A stretch of 63,902 nucleotides of DNA, filler included, from Octopus bimaculoides (GCF_001194135.2; 7 parts of 7 records of this genome joined end to end with filler, not necessarily neighbours in it), one strand, 5' to 3'. Shown: positions 23,701 through 36,947, counted from the whole stretch's first letter. Numbers and translations: made by a program. The notes: generated from the sequence alone by a model not told the origin.

Positions 23701-25852
23701 TAACGTGATCGATTTGGATTTTAACTCTTTTCAAGACCAATTATTTCTGCTCGGACTATTTGGTAGCTGACCAATTTAGTGGCGTCACTTTAGTTAATTA
23801 GACAATCTAACTGATGTTATTTTATCGTGTGTCGGATTTAAACCGAAAGCCTGCATGACGTCAAACTATCGAAATTGTATTACAGCAAAATCAACCAATA
23901 GTATCTTTCATCTTCTTTTCTTTTTTCTTTCTTCTTTTCATACTGACTGAATATTTGTGTTTCCGTGATTGAGACACAAAAGCGTTGGACTAAATGCATT
24001 CATTCATTACAGAACTTAGTTTCTTGTGTCAACTTTATTGCTGCAGTGGTGGTGGTGGCGATTTGTTTGAGCTGTTTATGACTGGCAACCCTACTACAGC
24101 CGAGCCGTATTTCGAAGCAGTGTTAAGTCGCTTCTGTCACAACTTCAATCTCACAAGAGGAGTCAAACGCAGCTCTCACTGTCATATAAAAACAAAAGTT
24201 CGTCAATGTCACAACACTGCCATTACTTCTAAGTTCTGAGTTCAAACCCAGCGGTGGTCGACTTCACCATTGTTGCCTCTGACGGCGATAAAATAAGAAA
24301 CAGTTCTACAATCGATTCTAATACAACCACAAGACTAATATGATTATAGATTTGATGCGCGAGAACAGTCACCTTGTTTGATAATAATACGTAACTTTTG
24401 TATTCCATCAACTCTGAGAATCTCTGCAGAATTCGAACTCAACCTAATCAGATACGTCAATGTTTTCTTCCTACGCTCTATCAATTCTGCTAATCCCTCA
24501 TCCTTGATGTATCCAACCGATCGATAATAGTCTTCTTCTGATTGGGACTAAGTAAGAAAATCTATAATAATTTTTTTCAGGCGATTAACTCCTCTTTACT
24601 TCTAAGGTTTGGTCGGTTTGATCAGCGATCGTCATTAGATGTCTTATTTCTAAACGACGGTGGTGCCCCAGCATGACCGCAGATTTAAAGCTGAGACAAG
24701 TTCGCGCATGTTTTTCTCTCTTTCCACGCGAAGTCTCATTTTCTTGAGTTTTCATCTGTTTTTTTCCCTTGTTCCTGAGAGCTTTCCATCTTCTTTTCAT
24801 TCCTCATTCCTTTTAGCATTCCTGCATCACAAATATTATTTACACTATAGTGCATTTGTTGTTGCTGTGATTGTAATTGTGACGGAGGTGGTTTAGCCCA
24901 GGGTATCCGTGATCCAGTAGTTCCAACACTGATTACCTTGAGCATTTTAGACTGTATCTAGGTCAGCATTATCCATTATATCTTCTGCTTATTTTAGTGT
25001 GTAGGATACGATTTGAGGGAGATTTGAGAGCCTCTTATGCAGTGTTATGTTATATACAGTAGAGAACTTCAGTTATAATTCAGTTCAAAAGTTCAGCCAT
25101 ATCCCATAAGCTGTCGCCATCTTGAGTTTGCCTAAAGATTATGTTAAGAGCACAAAAGTTTGTACAATACTCAAGCAATTTTATTGTAACACAAAGAATA
25201 GTTAGTCCCGTTAATTAAACAGTTAAATCATTCACTTAGTGAAAACTACACGAGATCCATTAAGTTCGTCACAAATCTTTTTTTATTAAGCTTTAGACTT
25301 TTATTTTATTTCATTCGATTCTTTGTTTTTCTCTCTTTCACTGCTTGATTCATTCTGTCTTCCGATTTCTTCCCTTATTCGCCCCTCGCCCTTCTGTCCT
25401 TCCTGTCTTGTTATTCACTTCGTACCATCCTTTCCCCCTTTGCTCTCAACTTCTCTCCTTTCCGCCGGTTTTCCTTCAGCATTGACTCCTCACTTTATAT
25501 ATTTACATTGCATCGTTTGTTCAATGATTAAAGACGTGCTGCTGCGTCACGTGATTGTGATTCAGCCACCAATCTCGGAAGTTGTCTTTTCATCTCTTAC
25601 ACTGTCCAACGATATGATTTCCTTCAAACTTCAAACCTTTTGTCCTTCTTATATTCCTAAAGAAAACAAAATATCCTCTACATAATACGCAAGGAGACAG
25701 AAAGACAGAAATCAAGACAACTAGACGAATAAAAACATAAAGCATAGATGGACGGACGGACGGACGCGCGTGCGCACAGTCGCACGCAGACGCATACAGG
25801 CACACGTGAATACAAAGAGTGATAGACGGATTTATAAGGGCAGATAGATCAA

Positions 25853-25864
25853 GATGGATGGATG

Positions 25865-25929
<65 letters not shown>

Positions 25930-25969
25930 GTAGGTAGGTAGGTAGGCAGGCAGGCAGGCTGGCAGGCAG
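25853..25969. repeat. Compound tetranucleotide microsatellite GATG-GATA-GGTA-GGCA
   Basis: Direct reading. Confidence 0.95.
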
Positions 25970-26050
25970 AAAAATAGACAGAGATAGACAAATATCTGAA
26001 TTATTTGAAATGCCATATTGCTACGCCGCCAAACTGTAATAAATATTAAT

Positions 26051-26151
<101 letters not shown>

Positions 26152-27733
26152 TGTGTCGGTATGTCTGTGTATGTCTATGTGTGTTACAAAGCCCTAATGT
26201 GGGTTAAATAATAATGTAGACTCATTCTTCCTATTCTATGGATACGTGAAGAAAAGCGAGGGAGGATCTTCTGGCGGACGGTTTCGTGGTTCTTGGGCGC
26301 TTTCCAGAGAGACTGCGCTTGCCTTCGTTTCTCAGCCTCTGACATGGGTCAGACATTGTATAAGAAGTCAGGAATTATGCTAGCACAATGACAGGTAGCC
26401 TAATATGCATACATGTGATTCGATGACACTTCGTTAACGGAATGATATCTATTTATGCACAGTATAGCGTAAATCAGAAGAAATTAAGTCAATTTAATCA
26501 TTACAAACTTCACTGTGGGTTAAATAATAATATAAATACATTCATACGTGACAAACTATGTGGCTTTTTGGCACTATTTTGTCTTTCCCATATATGAAAA
26601 AACGCCAGCATTTAACAACACTTGGGAAATGGTGGATGGGTTTACTTCCAATGAGCAACTTCTGCCCATCGTGCACAAAAACCAAAGGACGCAACGCTTA
26701 CAACCGTTTTCAAGCTGTAGCGGTATGATCTCTTTGCAACACCATCGCTCCACCATCAAAGAGTCAGTCTTACTGAAAACGAAGCCCGGGGGCCAACCTG
26801 GCCCGTGCTTCGACAGTACCATTGGACGAGAACATACTGTACTCTCCTCCAGTGATATTGTTATAGCACATGTCAGACTTTAGAAGACAAATTTCGAGAG
26901 AAGTCCAAGAAAATAAAAAGCATTTATGTTAACTCACCAGTCAAAAGGAATGCTTCTTTCTACGACATGTTTATTTCATGACAGTGCCTCCGCAGTGTCT
27001 CAATGAACATCTCTACGGCGCCTTTGAATATAGGAACAGAGGTTTCCATCAGCAGGAATATCATTTTCAGCGTTTCTCTCTCAGTAAAACACATTCGCCA
27101 TTTCGTCTGCTTGGACAATGAATCACTTACTTGACTCGCTGTAAGATATTTCCCAACATTTTTTTTTTTTTTTGTTAAAACAATCAAAAGACGAAGTAAA
27201 ACTTCTCTACCTATTAAATGATTAGATTCCGCCAGCCGCAGTGACGTATTTAGAAAGATGAGAAAATGAAAATTAAGTTCAACGGTGCTGACGTCAGAGA
27301 GCAAAATAAAATAGAATAAATAATAAAAAAATATGGGGAAAAAATCGAAATTTTAAAAAGAATGTTATACGAGTGGAAAAATATAATAACCAGGCCGTAA
27401 TTCTTATAATGAGAGATAACAGGAAATACCGTGTAATAGTTTCTTTGAATGGAATATAGATTTTCTTTGCGAAATCACATCGATATAAATAATGAAATGA
27501 ATAAATATAAAAATATATAAATGTATAAAAAAATCTTTCATTGATGAATAGGCAAATAAATGAATAAATGAATAATTAGAAAAATAAATGGAAAAAGAGA
27601 AAATTTATGCATTAAAACACTTTTGGTTTTGCTTTCAAAGGTAAAAATGACCGCATCGCATCCACCCGTATGTAAATAATGTTTGTGGGTGTGTGTGTGT
27701 GTGTGTAGCTATGTCACTCTTCTTCTCAATCTA

Positions 27734-27777
<44 letters not shown>

Positions 27778-27783
27778 TCTCTC

Positions 27784-27824
<41 letters not shown>

Positions 27825-28052
27825 ATATATATGCGTACATGTGTGTGTGTAAAAATATATATGCATATATGTGTATATATATGTGTGTGTGTGTATTCTG
27901 TTATTGTTATATGTTTCAGCCTTGAGGCTGTAGCCATGGTGGGGCAGCATATATATACATATACATACATACATGCATACATANNNNNNNNNNNNNNNNN
28001 NNNNNNNNNNNNNNNNNNNNNNNNNNNNNNNNNNNNNNNNNNNNNNNNNNNN

Positions 28053-28095
<43 letters not shown>

Positions 28096-28525
28096 ATATA
28101 CAAACACATGAATACATATATATGAATGTGTTTGAAGGGAAATGTCTGGGCAGATACCGTAGTATTAGCTCTCTCTTTCTCTCCATCGCCCTCTCCCTCT
28201 CTCTTTCTCTCCATCGCTCTCTCTTTCGTTCTCTCTCTTTCTCTCTTAAAAGTAATGGAGTTGAGAGACAAACACAGCCTTGTCTATGACATTTGTAGAA
28301 CATGTGAAGTAAGGTGTAGACAACATTGAGTAGAAAATTTTAAAACGATAAATTTATTTAAGTATTTAAGCAAAAAATATTGTCGTATATTATTTCTCTG
28401 TATAGTTTCTGCTTTCTTCTCATGTAGAGATTTTCTAATTAGCTAATTTGCTTGTTTTAAGATTAGTGACTGTGTGTCACTAGTTTTCTATATATTGCGA
28501 GCTGGAGTGAACAACGGGCGAGTAT

Positions 28526-28572
28526 CCACCTGAGGATAACCGCAAAGAAGTCGAAACCGTACGGTCTAGTGG
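28526..28572 (+). ncRNA. Decayed type I hammerhead-like motif within a structured, GC-richer element (about 28500-28740)
   Basis: CCAC-CTGAGGA-T-aaccgcaaagaagtc-GAAA-CCGTACGG-TC-ta-GTGG. Perfect palindrome ACCGTACGGT at 28556-28565; stems I and II imperfect. Confidence 0.55.
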
Positions 28573-29088
28573 TCTCGTGGCTAGAAGATGGTAGGAGTTC
28601 ACTCCCCTGCTTGCAATATATATCGGATGCTGATTGCATCGAATAGCCAGCTGGAGGAAGCGTCCTCCGGGGTTAAAAATAGCAGTAATGTCGGTTCCTA
28701 CGGAACAGCCATGTTGAAATGGCGATAAACAGTACTTCTCAGTGTGATTACTGCCTCCATCTCTTTTTGCAGGTTTTATAACAAGCTAATGTCATGCATT
28801 TATAGGGATTGGGATTGAGATTGTAAGAACATTCATTCTTTACTCAAGTGTTTTGGTGGCATCAATAAATGAAGTGTAGCGATGCTAAACGAGATTTGAA
28901 ACAGATATACGAGCTCCGCTCACAGAAAGTTTATTTCCAAGGGCAAACATTTGAAGCTAGGATACTGTCAATTAAATCCATCCCAATACTTCACTGGTAC
29001 TTTGTTTTATCCACCCCAGAAAGTTTAAAATCCAAGTTGATCTCATCAGGATTTGAACTAAGAACGTAAAGGACTATAATTAACGCGA

Positions 29089-29385
29089 CCGGTAATAAAG
29101 TTACAGGGAAAAAATCACATAAAAAAGTCACATTTTTGTCTAGGAAAGAAAGTCAGGTAATCAAGCAAAAATATTCTTCAAGTCAGTCCCAATTTATTAA
29201 AGTACCATAAACAATTAAGGTAATAAAACAGAAAATATTTAAAGTCAATTAACTGGCAATACATGACTTGAACATATTGACAACACTATTTATATATGAT
29301 GACATTACACGTGACTTCTTTTCCCTGACATTTTTTCCGTGACTTTTTTCCTGTGACTTTTACCTGTGACCTTTTTTTTACCTGG
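29089..29385. mobile_element. Foldback/MITE-like non-autonomous DNA element with modular subterminal repeats
   Basis: Left end ccggtaataaagttacaggg...aaaaagtcac; right end ...gtgacttttttcctgtgacttttacctgtgacctttttttacctgg. Inverted arrays of about 13-bp GGAAAAAAGTCAC units. Confidence 0.65.
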
Positions 29386-30739
29386 ATTCGTAATTAAATA
29401 CCCAAACAAGTCGTTTGTTGGATGCTCTAACGATCGTGTCAATCCGGTGTCGGAAATACGAACCAAAAAAGGAGAGCGTTCATACGGCTACTTGATTTAC
29501 TAGAAATGACAACCAAATCTCTCTTAAATAACAAATTAAATCCCGTCTTAAATTAAAAAGAAAACAGATACGCTAAATAATGCATTTCAAGATATCCCTT
29601 AAAATACGGGACGGTCACAGCTGGAACGTCTTTAGCCATTTGATTTGTTTGAGACTAAACAACATTGACAACATGACAATAAAAACAATAACATCAACTA
29701 TTGAAAATATAAAAAAAAAACATACTAATAAAAAAGAAGCATTTCTGTTTCAACTATTATGGTTTCTTTTCCAAAATATTCCAGACATAATCTCTCTGGT
29801 ATTATACAGTCGTCTGCTTGCGTTTGTAGAAAATAAATCGAAAATACACAACATTAAAGAGCAAAATATTTTAATACGTTAACATGACATTATCATTGTG
29901 GATGATTACTCAAGAGGAATTATTTTCTACTCTTATTTTATCTTTTATTAGTTTCTGCGTGCTGGAAGAGCACTTGGTCAACAGCTTCCCCCAAAAGTGT
30001 TGGCCAATGGTCGCCACCGTTGGCGCCATGAATAGCGAACTTAAATTACTTTAATGTCACTTTTTGAATGCATGATTTATTTTTTACAAACGCACTCAGA
30101 TTATATCTGGCTTCCAAACACAGCTCTTGGATGCTATGGGAAGTATCCTCTGTGATATTAGTGCTGTTACTGGAGACGTAGGAAGTTTAGGATGTTTTTT
30201 TTCTCGTTTATTTTGTGTTTCGTTTTTTCAACCTTATATCCTGTCTCGTGCATTTGTCTCAGAAAGTCCATAAATAGTTAAGGATAAGCTAGGTACCAGT
30301 CCGAAATAATACCGCGGTTATGATCGACTAAAACCTTCTGAAGGTGATGCCCCAGCATGGCCGCAATCCAATGGCTGAAAAGTATAATGAAATAAAGTAT
30401 AGAATTTTAAGAATCCGTTTGAGCAATCATTCACACTGGAAGGGATAAAGAAAAAGCAATTTGTTTTTACTGTCACTTTTTAAATGTTCTATTTTTCACA
30501 AACGCAACCAGACAGCAACACAATTAAGAAAGAGATTAAATCTGATTTCAAGATTCTTTAATTGGATGCTCTGGGAAGCAACATCAGTGATGCTGGCGAT
30601 GTTACATGGGCCGTAGGGAGTTTAGGGTCTATCAACATGAAAAGAAGAAAAGAAAAAAGGGAAAGCGAAAAGTGTCATTGACGTTTCGGACATATAGTCA
30701 CTCACAAGAAAAGAAGGACTGTAGAAAGAGAAAAATACA

Positions 30740-30899
30740 GACGTAACTGTGTGATAGGAAGTACGCTTTCCAACCACATGGTCTCCGGTTCAGTCCCTCA
30801 GCGCGGTACCTTGGGCAAGTGGCTTCTACTATAGCCTCGGACCGACCAAAGCCTTTTGAGTGGATTTCATAAACGGAAACTGGAATAAGTCTGACGTAA

Positions 30900-30951
<52 letters not shown>

Positions 30952-31101
30952 AAGTGTGCATATGTGCGTGTGAATAGGTTTGTGCATGTGTTTGTCCCCA
31001 CCACCGCTTGACAACCGCAGTCGGTGTGCTTATGTCCCCGTCACTTAGCGATTCGGAAAAAGAAACCGATAAGTACCAGTTTTAAAAAAAATCCTAATAG
31101 A
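30740..31101 (+). mobile_element. Family A SINE
   Basis: ccaaccacatggtctccggttcagtcc...ggtaccttgggcaagtgg...(TG)n...tttgtccccaccaccgcttgacaacc. Confidence 0.85.
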
Positions 31102-31826
31102 GNNNNNNNNNNNNNNNNNNNNNNNNNNNNNNNNNNNNNNNNNNNNNNNNNNNNNNNNNNNNNNNNNNNNNNNNNNNNNNNNNNNNNNNNNNNNNNNNNN
31201 NNNNNNNNNNNNNNNNNNNNNNNNNNNNNNNNNNNNNNNNNNNNNNNNNNNNNNNNNNNNNNNNNNNNNNNNNNNNNNNNNNNNNNNNNNNNNNNNNNNN
31301 NNNNNNNNNNNNNNNNNNNNNNNNNNNNNNNNNNNNNNNNNNNNNNNNNNNNNNNNNNNNNNNNNNNNNNNNNNNNNNNNNNNNNNNNNNNNNNNNNNNN
31401 NNNNNNNNNNNNNNNNNNNNNNNNNNNNNNNNNNNNNNNNNNNNNNNNNNNNNNNNNNNNNNNNNNNNNNNNNNNNNNNNNNNNNNNNNNNNNNNNNNNN
31501 NNNNNNNNNNNNNNNNNNNNNNNNNNNNNNNNNNNNNNNNNNNNNNNNNNNNNNNNNNNNNNNNNNNNNNNNNNNNNNNNNNNNNNNNNNNNNNNNNNNN
31601 NNNNNNNNNNNNNNNNNNNNNNNNNNNNNNNNNNNNNNNNNNNNNNNNNNNNNNNNNNNNNNNNNNNNNNNNNNNNNNNNNNNNNNNNNNNNNNNNNNNN
31701 NNNNNNNAGTAATGTTGATTTTAGTATATCTATCATTAGATGAAAACTGTTTATGAAAACTTCGCTGAGTAATATTTATATTTATTTCAGCTGTAAATAT
31801 GAGCGTTTGGTCCAAACAGTTGTTGT

Positions 31827-32090
31827 CAGTGGCGGACTGGCCAGGTTGCCAGCTTGCCCGATGGCAAGTGGGTCCCTGCGCCATTAGAATCCATATATGG
31901 GGGCCTATGTTAGTATCTAAATGGCCCATCCCCTCAAGTTTGAGAAGCTTTTATTCACTCCTGGAAGACGGCATTATTTCCCCCCCCCCCAAAAAAAAAG
32001 AATTAAATGATAGTATTTTAGTTGCGGGCGCCCACCCCCACCCCGTGGTTGCGTGTGGCTCCCCTCAGTCTCCTGGCAACCAATACTTTT
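31827..32090 (+). mobile_element. Possible hAT-type MITE left end
   Basis: Begins CAGTGGCGGACTGGCC, a common hAT TIR start. Matching right TIR not clearly found. Confidence 0.35.
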
Positions 32091-32734
32091 AGAGCCAGTC
32101 TGCCATTGGTTGTTGTGGCTTCGTTGTTTCAAAGAAAATCTCAAAGAAGTTTACACAAACCTACAACAAACTGATATGTCTGAGGATTTCTATTTCGTTG
32201 ATCGCTCTGATAGAAATAACAGCCAAATCTTCCTCAAATCACATCATGTGGGACACAGTATATGATGCAGTCTCAGGTATACTTTTTGGAGAAATAGATA
32301 AGATGGTCACAGCCGGAACGTCTGGGACGCCTTCTCGATCGTTACTGATCCGGGGTCAAATCACAATGGAACACAATTTTAAGAAGCAAACCGGGCTACC
32401 TCAACGTGGTCGTTCAATCTGCTGGAAATATCAACCAAATGTATCTCCCTCAAATTACATCTGACTTAGAAAATGAAATGACACGGACATTGCAGTGACA
32501 CGAAAAAGGAGCGAGGGTCAAGAATGGAGCGGGGTTTATTGTAAGCGGACTGGGGCAGACCTTGGGCTAAACAACATAGAGGCGTACGTATGTGTAATTA
32601 TGTGTATGTATGTGTGAGCGAGAATGAAAGACACAGGTGAAACATAACGATAGACCAATGAATGTGGATTATGTACGTGCGTGTGTGTGAGAGAGAGGTG
32701 AAACATTACGGTAGACCAAGAAGCACAACAGAGA

Positions 32735-32768
<34 letters not shown>

Positions 32769-33488
32769 AGAGAAGACAATGCAGAAAGCGTTGATAAAAC
32801 ACAAGAGATCAAAGGAAGATAGAGAGAGATATAAATCATGTTGGAAACGAGAAAGAATAAAAACTGAGTATTTACTAACAGTAAATGGACAAATTCATCA
32901 AAGTTTGCGCTTGCTTTTCTTTTCTTCCTAGACTCNNNNNNNNNNNNNNNNNNNNNNNNNNNNNNNNNNNNNNNNNNNNNNNNNNNNNNNNNNNNNNNNN
33001 NNNNNNNNNNNNNNNNNNNNNNNNNNNNNNNNNNNNNNNNNNNNNNNNNNNNNNNNNNNNNNNNNNNNNNNNNNNNNNNNNNNNNNNNNNNNNNNNNNNN
33101 NNNNNNNNNNNNNNNNNNNNNNNNNNNNNNNNNNNNNNNNNNNNNNNNNNNNNNNNNNNNCATGCATACATACATATATCTGTGTATATATGTATGTACA
33201 CATACATACATACATACATACATATGTACATATATACATATTAAATAACACATACCGGTATCTATTTTAAATGTAATTACATCCATTTGTAATTATATAT
33301 GTGTGTGTATTTAATTGTGTAATATGTATATATATATATATATAATTACAAAATATATACACATATGCATATAGACATATATATACATATACACATATAC
33401 CATAAGACACGCACGTATCACATACAAGCGCGCATACATAAGAACGGACATACACAGTCATAAATGCATACATACATACATACATACA

Positions 33489-33520
<32 letters not shown>

Positions 33521-33795
33521 CCTGTGTATGTATGTATGTATGTATGTATGTATGTATGTATGTATATGATGTAGGTTGTAAATAAATTAAAAATTGATTT
33601 TGTGACAAATTTCTTTCGCAGTTTCGTAATATAATAGGTTTCAAACTTATTTAGAACAAAAAATATTCCGAAAAATAAAGTCTCAAATGGAATAATTACA
33701 AAATGTTACGTCATCGGAAATGGATAGGAGACCACGAAGAATGAAAAAAAAAGAAAGAAAAAGAACAAGAGAGAAAGATAGAAACAAAACGAGAT

Positions 33796-33830
<35 letters not shown>

Positions 33831-33944
33831 TCATTTTGAAAGAATTGCTGCGGCAGAACCGCCATCTTCGATTTTCCCAAAATAGAGTTCCAAAGAGATT
33901 GGTGAAAGTAAGAAGATACAAAAACAACTCGGTATGTATGTATC

Positions 33945-33984
<40 letters not shown>

Positions 33985-34000
33985 TAAATACATACATATA

Positions 34001-34153
34001 CTCTCTTTACTCTTTTACTTGTTTCAGTTATTTGACTGCGGCCATGCTGGAGCACCGCCTTTAGTCGAGCAAATCGACCCCGGGACTTATTCTTTGTAAG
34101 CCTAGTACTTATTCTCTCGTACTCTTTTGCCGAACTGCTAAGTGACGGGGACA
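34001..34153 (-). mobile_element. Family A SINE 3' half (young copy)
   Basis: ttgactgcggccatgctggagcaccgcctttagtcgagcaaatcgacccc. Confidence 0.85.
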
Positions 34154-34355
34154 TATAGAAACCTATATATATAGGTATGTACATATATATGCATATATAT
34201 ATATATATATGAAAGTAAACAAAATTTGTTTTAGAAGTGCTGAGATGTATTGAAAGATACAGAAATATATTTTTTCATTCTCAAACGCGTGATAATGCTA
34301 ATGAAATAGCGTGAACAGAATAAATTGTCCATACATTGCAGAAAAATATGCTAGC

Positions 34356-34427
34356 GGCCAGCTGTGAGACTCGAACTCACATCCCTGTGATTACGCGTCA
34401 AGTGCTTTACCATTAAGCTAAACTGTC
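34356..34427 (-). pseudogene. tRNA-Thr(CGT)-like pseudo-tRNA, possibly a repeat head
   Basis: Acceptor GACAGTT/AGCTGGC (6 of 7 pairs), D arm GCTT/AAGC, perfect T arm GTGAG-TTCGAGT-CTCAC, loop CGCGTAA. The anticodon stem has only 3 pairs and position 33 is G. Confidence 0.7.
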
Positions 34428-35059
34428 CAGTAACGAATTCTTCTGCAATTTTAGAACTTATATGCATGTATATACTTCTTTATGTATTTCTTTTTCTCGG
34501 TAACATGTAGTATGAGCATTCGTATATCATGAGGTGTCTTGATACCCGTTGTTTGTCTGTTTATGCTTTTAATCTGTTATACATTTTCAAGCTCGATCGA
34601 AACATTGCCTGCATTCAATCTTCATTTAAGAAATTATAACATCTTTGCACTGAAAGTTGGAGTTGAGACACAAATAATTCGGTCTGAACACCTCTTGCAT
34701 GCACCTATTATCTTACGTCTCTCAACATTCGTATTACGCACAATATTTATGTGTGTGTGTAAGTGTGTATGCGCGCGCCTATGTATTCATACCAAGAACT
34801 GATTTATAAACATCAAAGAATATATCCGCTCTAATTAAAAGTTCAATTAATATATAACAGGTCATTAAACTCTAGCACGTTATTACATTGCAGTAAATCC
34901 AAGTGAGACTGATTTGTATGTATATGCATAATCGGTTAAAACGATGTTTAAGATTCACATATTTACCATAAATGCAGAAAAACAAAAAAATTGTATATGT
35001 TAAAGTATGAACTATACATGTGAAATTTATGATTCCTCCTTTTATGCTAAATGTATATT

Positions 35060-35886
35060 TACAGGATGTTTGGGTTGAGTCGGGCAGTTTGCTTAAAAGA
35101 GAAAGAAAACACGACACCTCGTCCAAAAATAAAAGTTTCTTGAAAAATAAATTAAGAAATCAATTAGATTATGGCTGAGAGATAACAGTTTACGCAAAGT
35201 AACCGTTCCCCGGTTTCACTACGGCCTCAAGACAGTTCCGGTGCCAGGCATATGCATTCCTCATCGTGTCCCTGGGAAGATCTTCCTTGATTCTGGCCAC
35301 CAGCTTGACCTTGGTGTTGCAAGCAGAGCAGTTGGTGTCTTTCTCAACCGCGTCCCGAGTGAGTACTAAGAGACCAGAAGTAGAATTTCTCCGACAACCA
35401 CTTCTGAAAGTTTCTGAAGGTATCACAAGGAACCGAATCCTGCTGCCACACATATGGCAGTCCAACAGCAACCTTCTCCAGCTAGGTTTTGACCAGAGTC
35501 TCCAGCAGCTTCACACAGCCGTCTGAAATGATCCTAAGGCCCTGTACTGCAGTTGTTGGATTTATTCTGGCGTGCGAACGCAGTCAGAACGCGTAATGTG
35601 TCCCTTCCTGCGGGTCACGGTTTCGTAGCCTCCGTTGCCGTGTTCTCAGAGCATTCAGCAGCACTCAGGATGACGGCATTTTAAATACATGGCGCCAATC
35701 ATCATGATACAAGTAATACTTTTCCAGTATTCAGATGGCTTCCAGTCCTTCATGTCAACTAACTCTTTCTCAACTACAACTTTAGTCTTTATGCTCTCCA
35801 ACACCGTTGGCTGTTCATCAATACAATAAGCTTTTCCTGAAAAAAATGAGACAAAAATATTGTCAAATTTAGCCGTACATCCTATA
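35060..35886 (-). mobile_element. Internally deleted Tc1/mariner DNA transposon
   Basis: TA-flanked ends TA-(c/t)aggatgt. Minus-strand remnants MKDWKPSEYWK; VAVGLPYVWQQDSVPC..QKWLSEKFY; DAVEKDTNCSACNTK..L..LPRDTMRNA...NCLEAVVKPGNGYF. Confidence 0.8.
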
Positions 35887-36881
35887 TGCATGTATGTTTG
35901 TATGTATGTACGCATGTGTGTGTGTGTGTGTGTGCGTGTGTGTGTGTATCTATCTATCTATATATATATATAATTATAAGATCTGGTAATTAGTCATATN
36001 NNNNNNNNNNNNNNNNNNNNNNNNNNNNNNNNNNNNNNNNNNNNNNNNNNNNNNNNNNNNNNNNNNNNNNNNNNNNNNNNNNNNNNNNNNNNNNNNNNNN
36101 NNNNNNNNNNNNNNNNNNNNNNNNNNNNNNNNNNNNNNNNNNNNNNNNNNNNNNNNNNNNNNNNNNNNNNNNNNNNNNNNNNNNNNNNNNNNNNNNNNNN
36201 NNNNNNNNNNNNNNNNNNNNNNNNNNNNNNNNNNNNNNNNNNNNNNNNNNNNNNNNNNNNNNNNNNNNNNNNNNNNNNNNNNNNNNNNNNNNNNNNNNNN
36301 NNNNNNNNNNNNNNNNNNNNNNNNNNNNNNNNNNNCAATTATCAGAATCGTATACATAGTTGCCCACCGCCATAGGTGCGCGTGCATATGGTTCTGCTAA
36401 TTACAGCTTAATGGTAAAATTCAAAAGTCTTCGTTTTGGCGCGCTAATTCCAGGAATATATCCGCAGAAAATATTTACTGCGTCGAATATATTCAGTATG
36501 AGAACATGAGTAATGGGTAAATATTATTATAAGATCTGGTAACAGAAAGGGAAGAATTTCGATTATCTCCACGTGCTAAGTTGTAACAGATATATACGAA
36601 ATTAAAGAAGGAAAATGCACACACTTTACATAGTTTTAATATAATTTTTAATATATCTTATTTTGTGTTTGTCGACCGGTTTCGCTTTAGCTAATCATGA
36701 CATTAAAATTTATTTAGATACGTATCTTCTTAAGAAAAATTTTTTGTTCATATTGTGTGTGGAGTTTATAAATGAATGATTCAACAAGTAGAAAAATCTA
36801 AGGGGAGGTGGTAATTGGTTATCGCTATTATTGTGGACAGGGGAGATAATTGTTCACCTTTCGGTGGTGGGAATATATATA

Positions 36882-36901
36882 TACTCTAGTTTTTGAATTT
36901 T

Positions 36902-36947
<46 letters not shown>

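Noticed and set aside
26540-27304. ORFs of 82-114 aa in GC-richer sequence
   Set aside because: No recognisable domain. There is only a weak, stop-interrupted resemblance to a mariner DDD motif, too little for a feature call.
33855-33880. YY1-like AAGATGGCGG with ATG (minus strand), suggesting a first exon; similar motif near 25115
   Set aside because: No canonical donor follows, the frame runs into (CT)n, and a single short motif is expected by chance.
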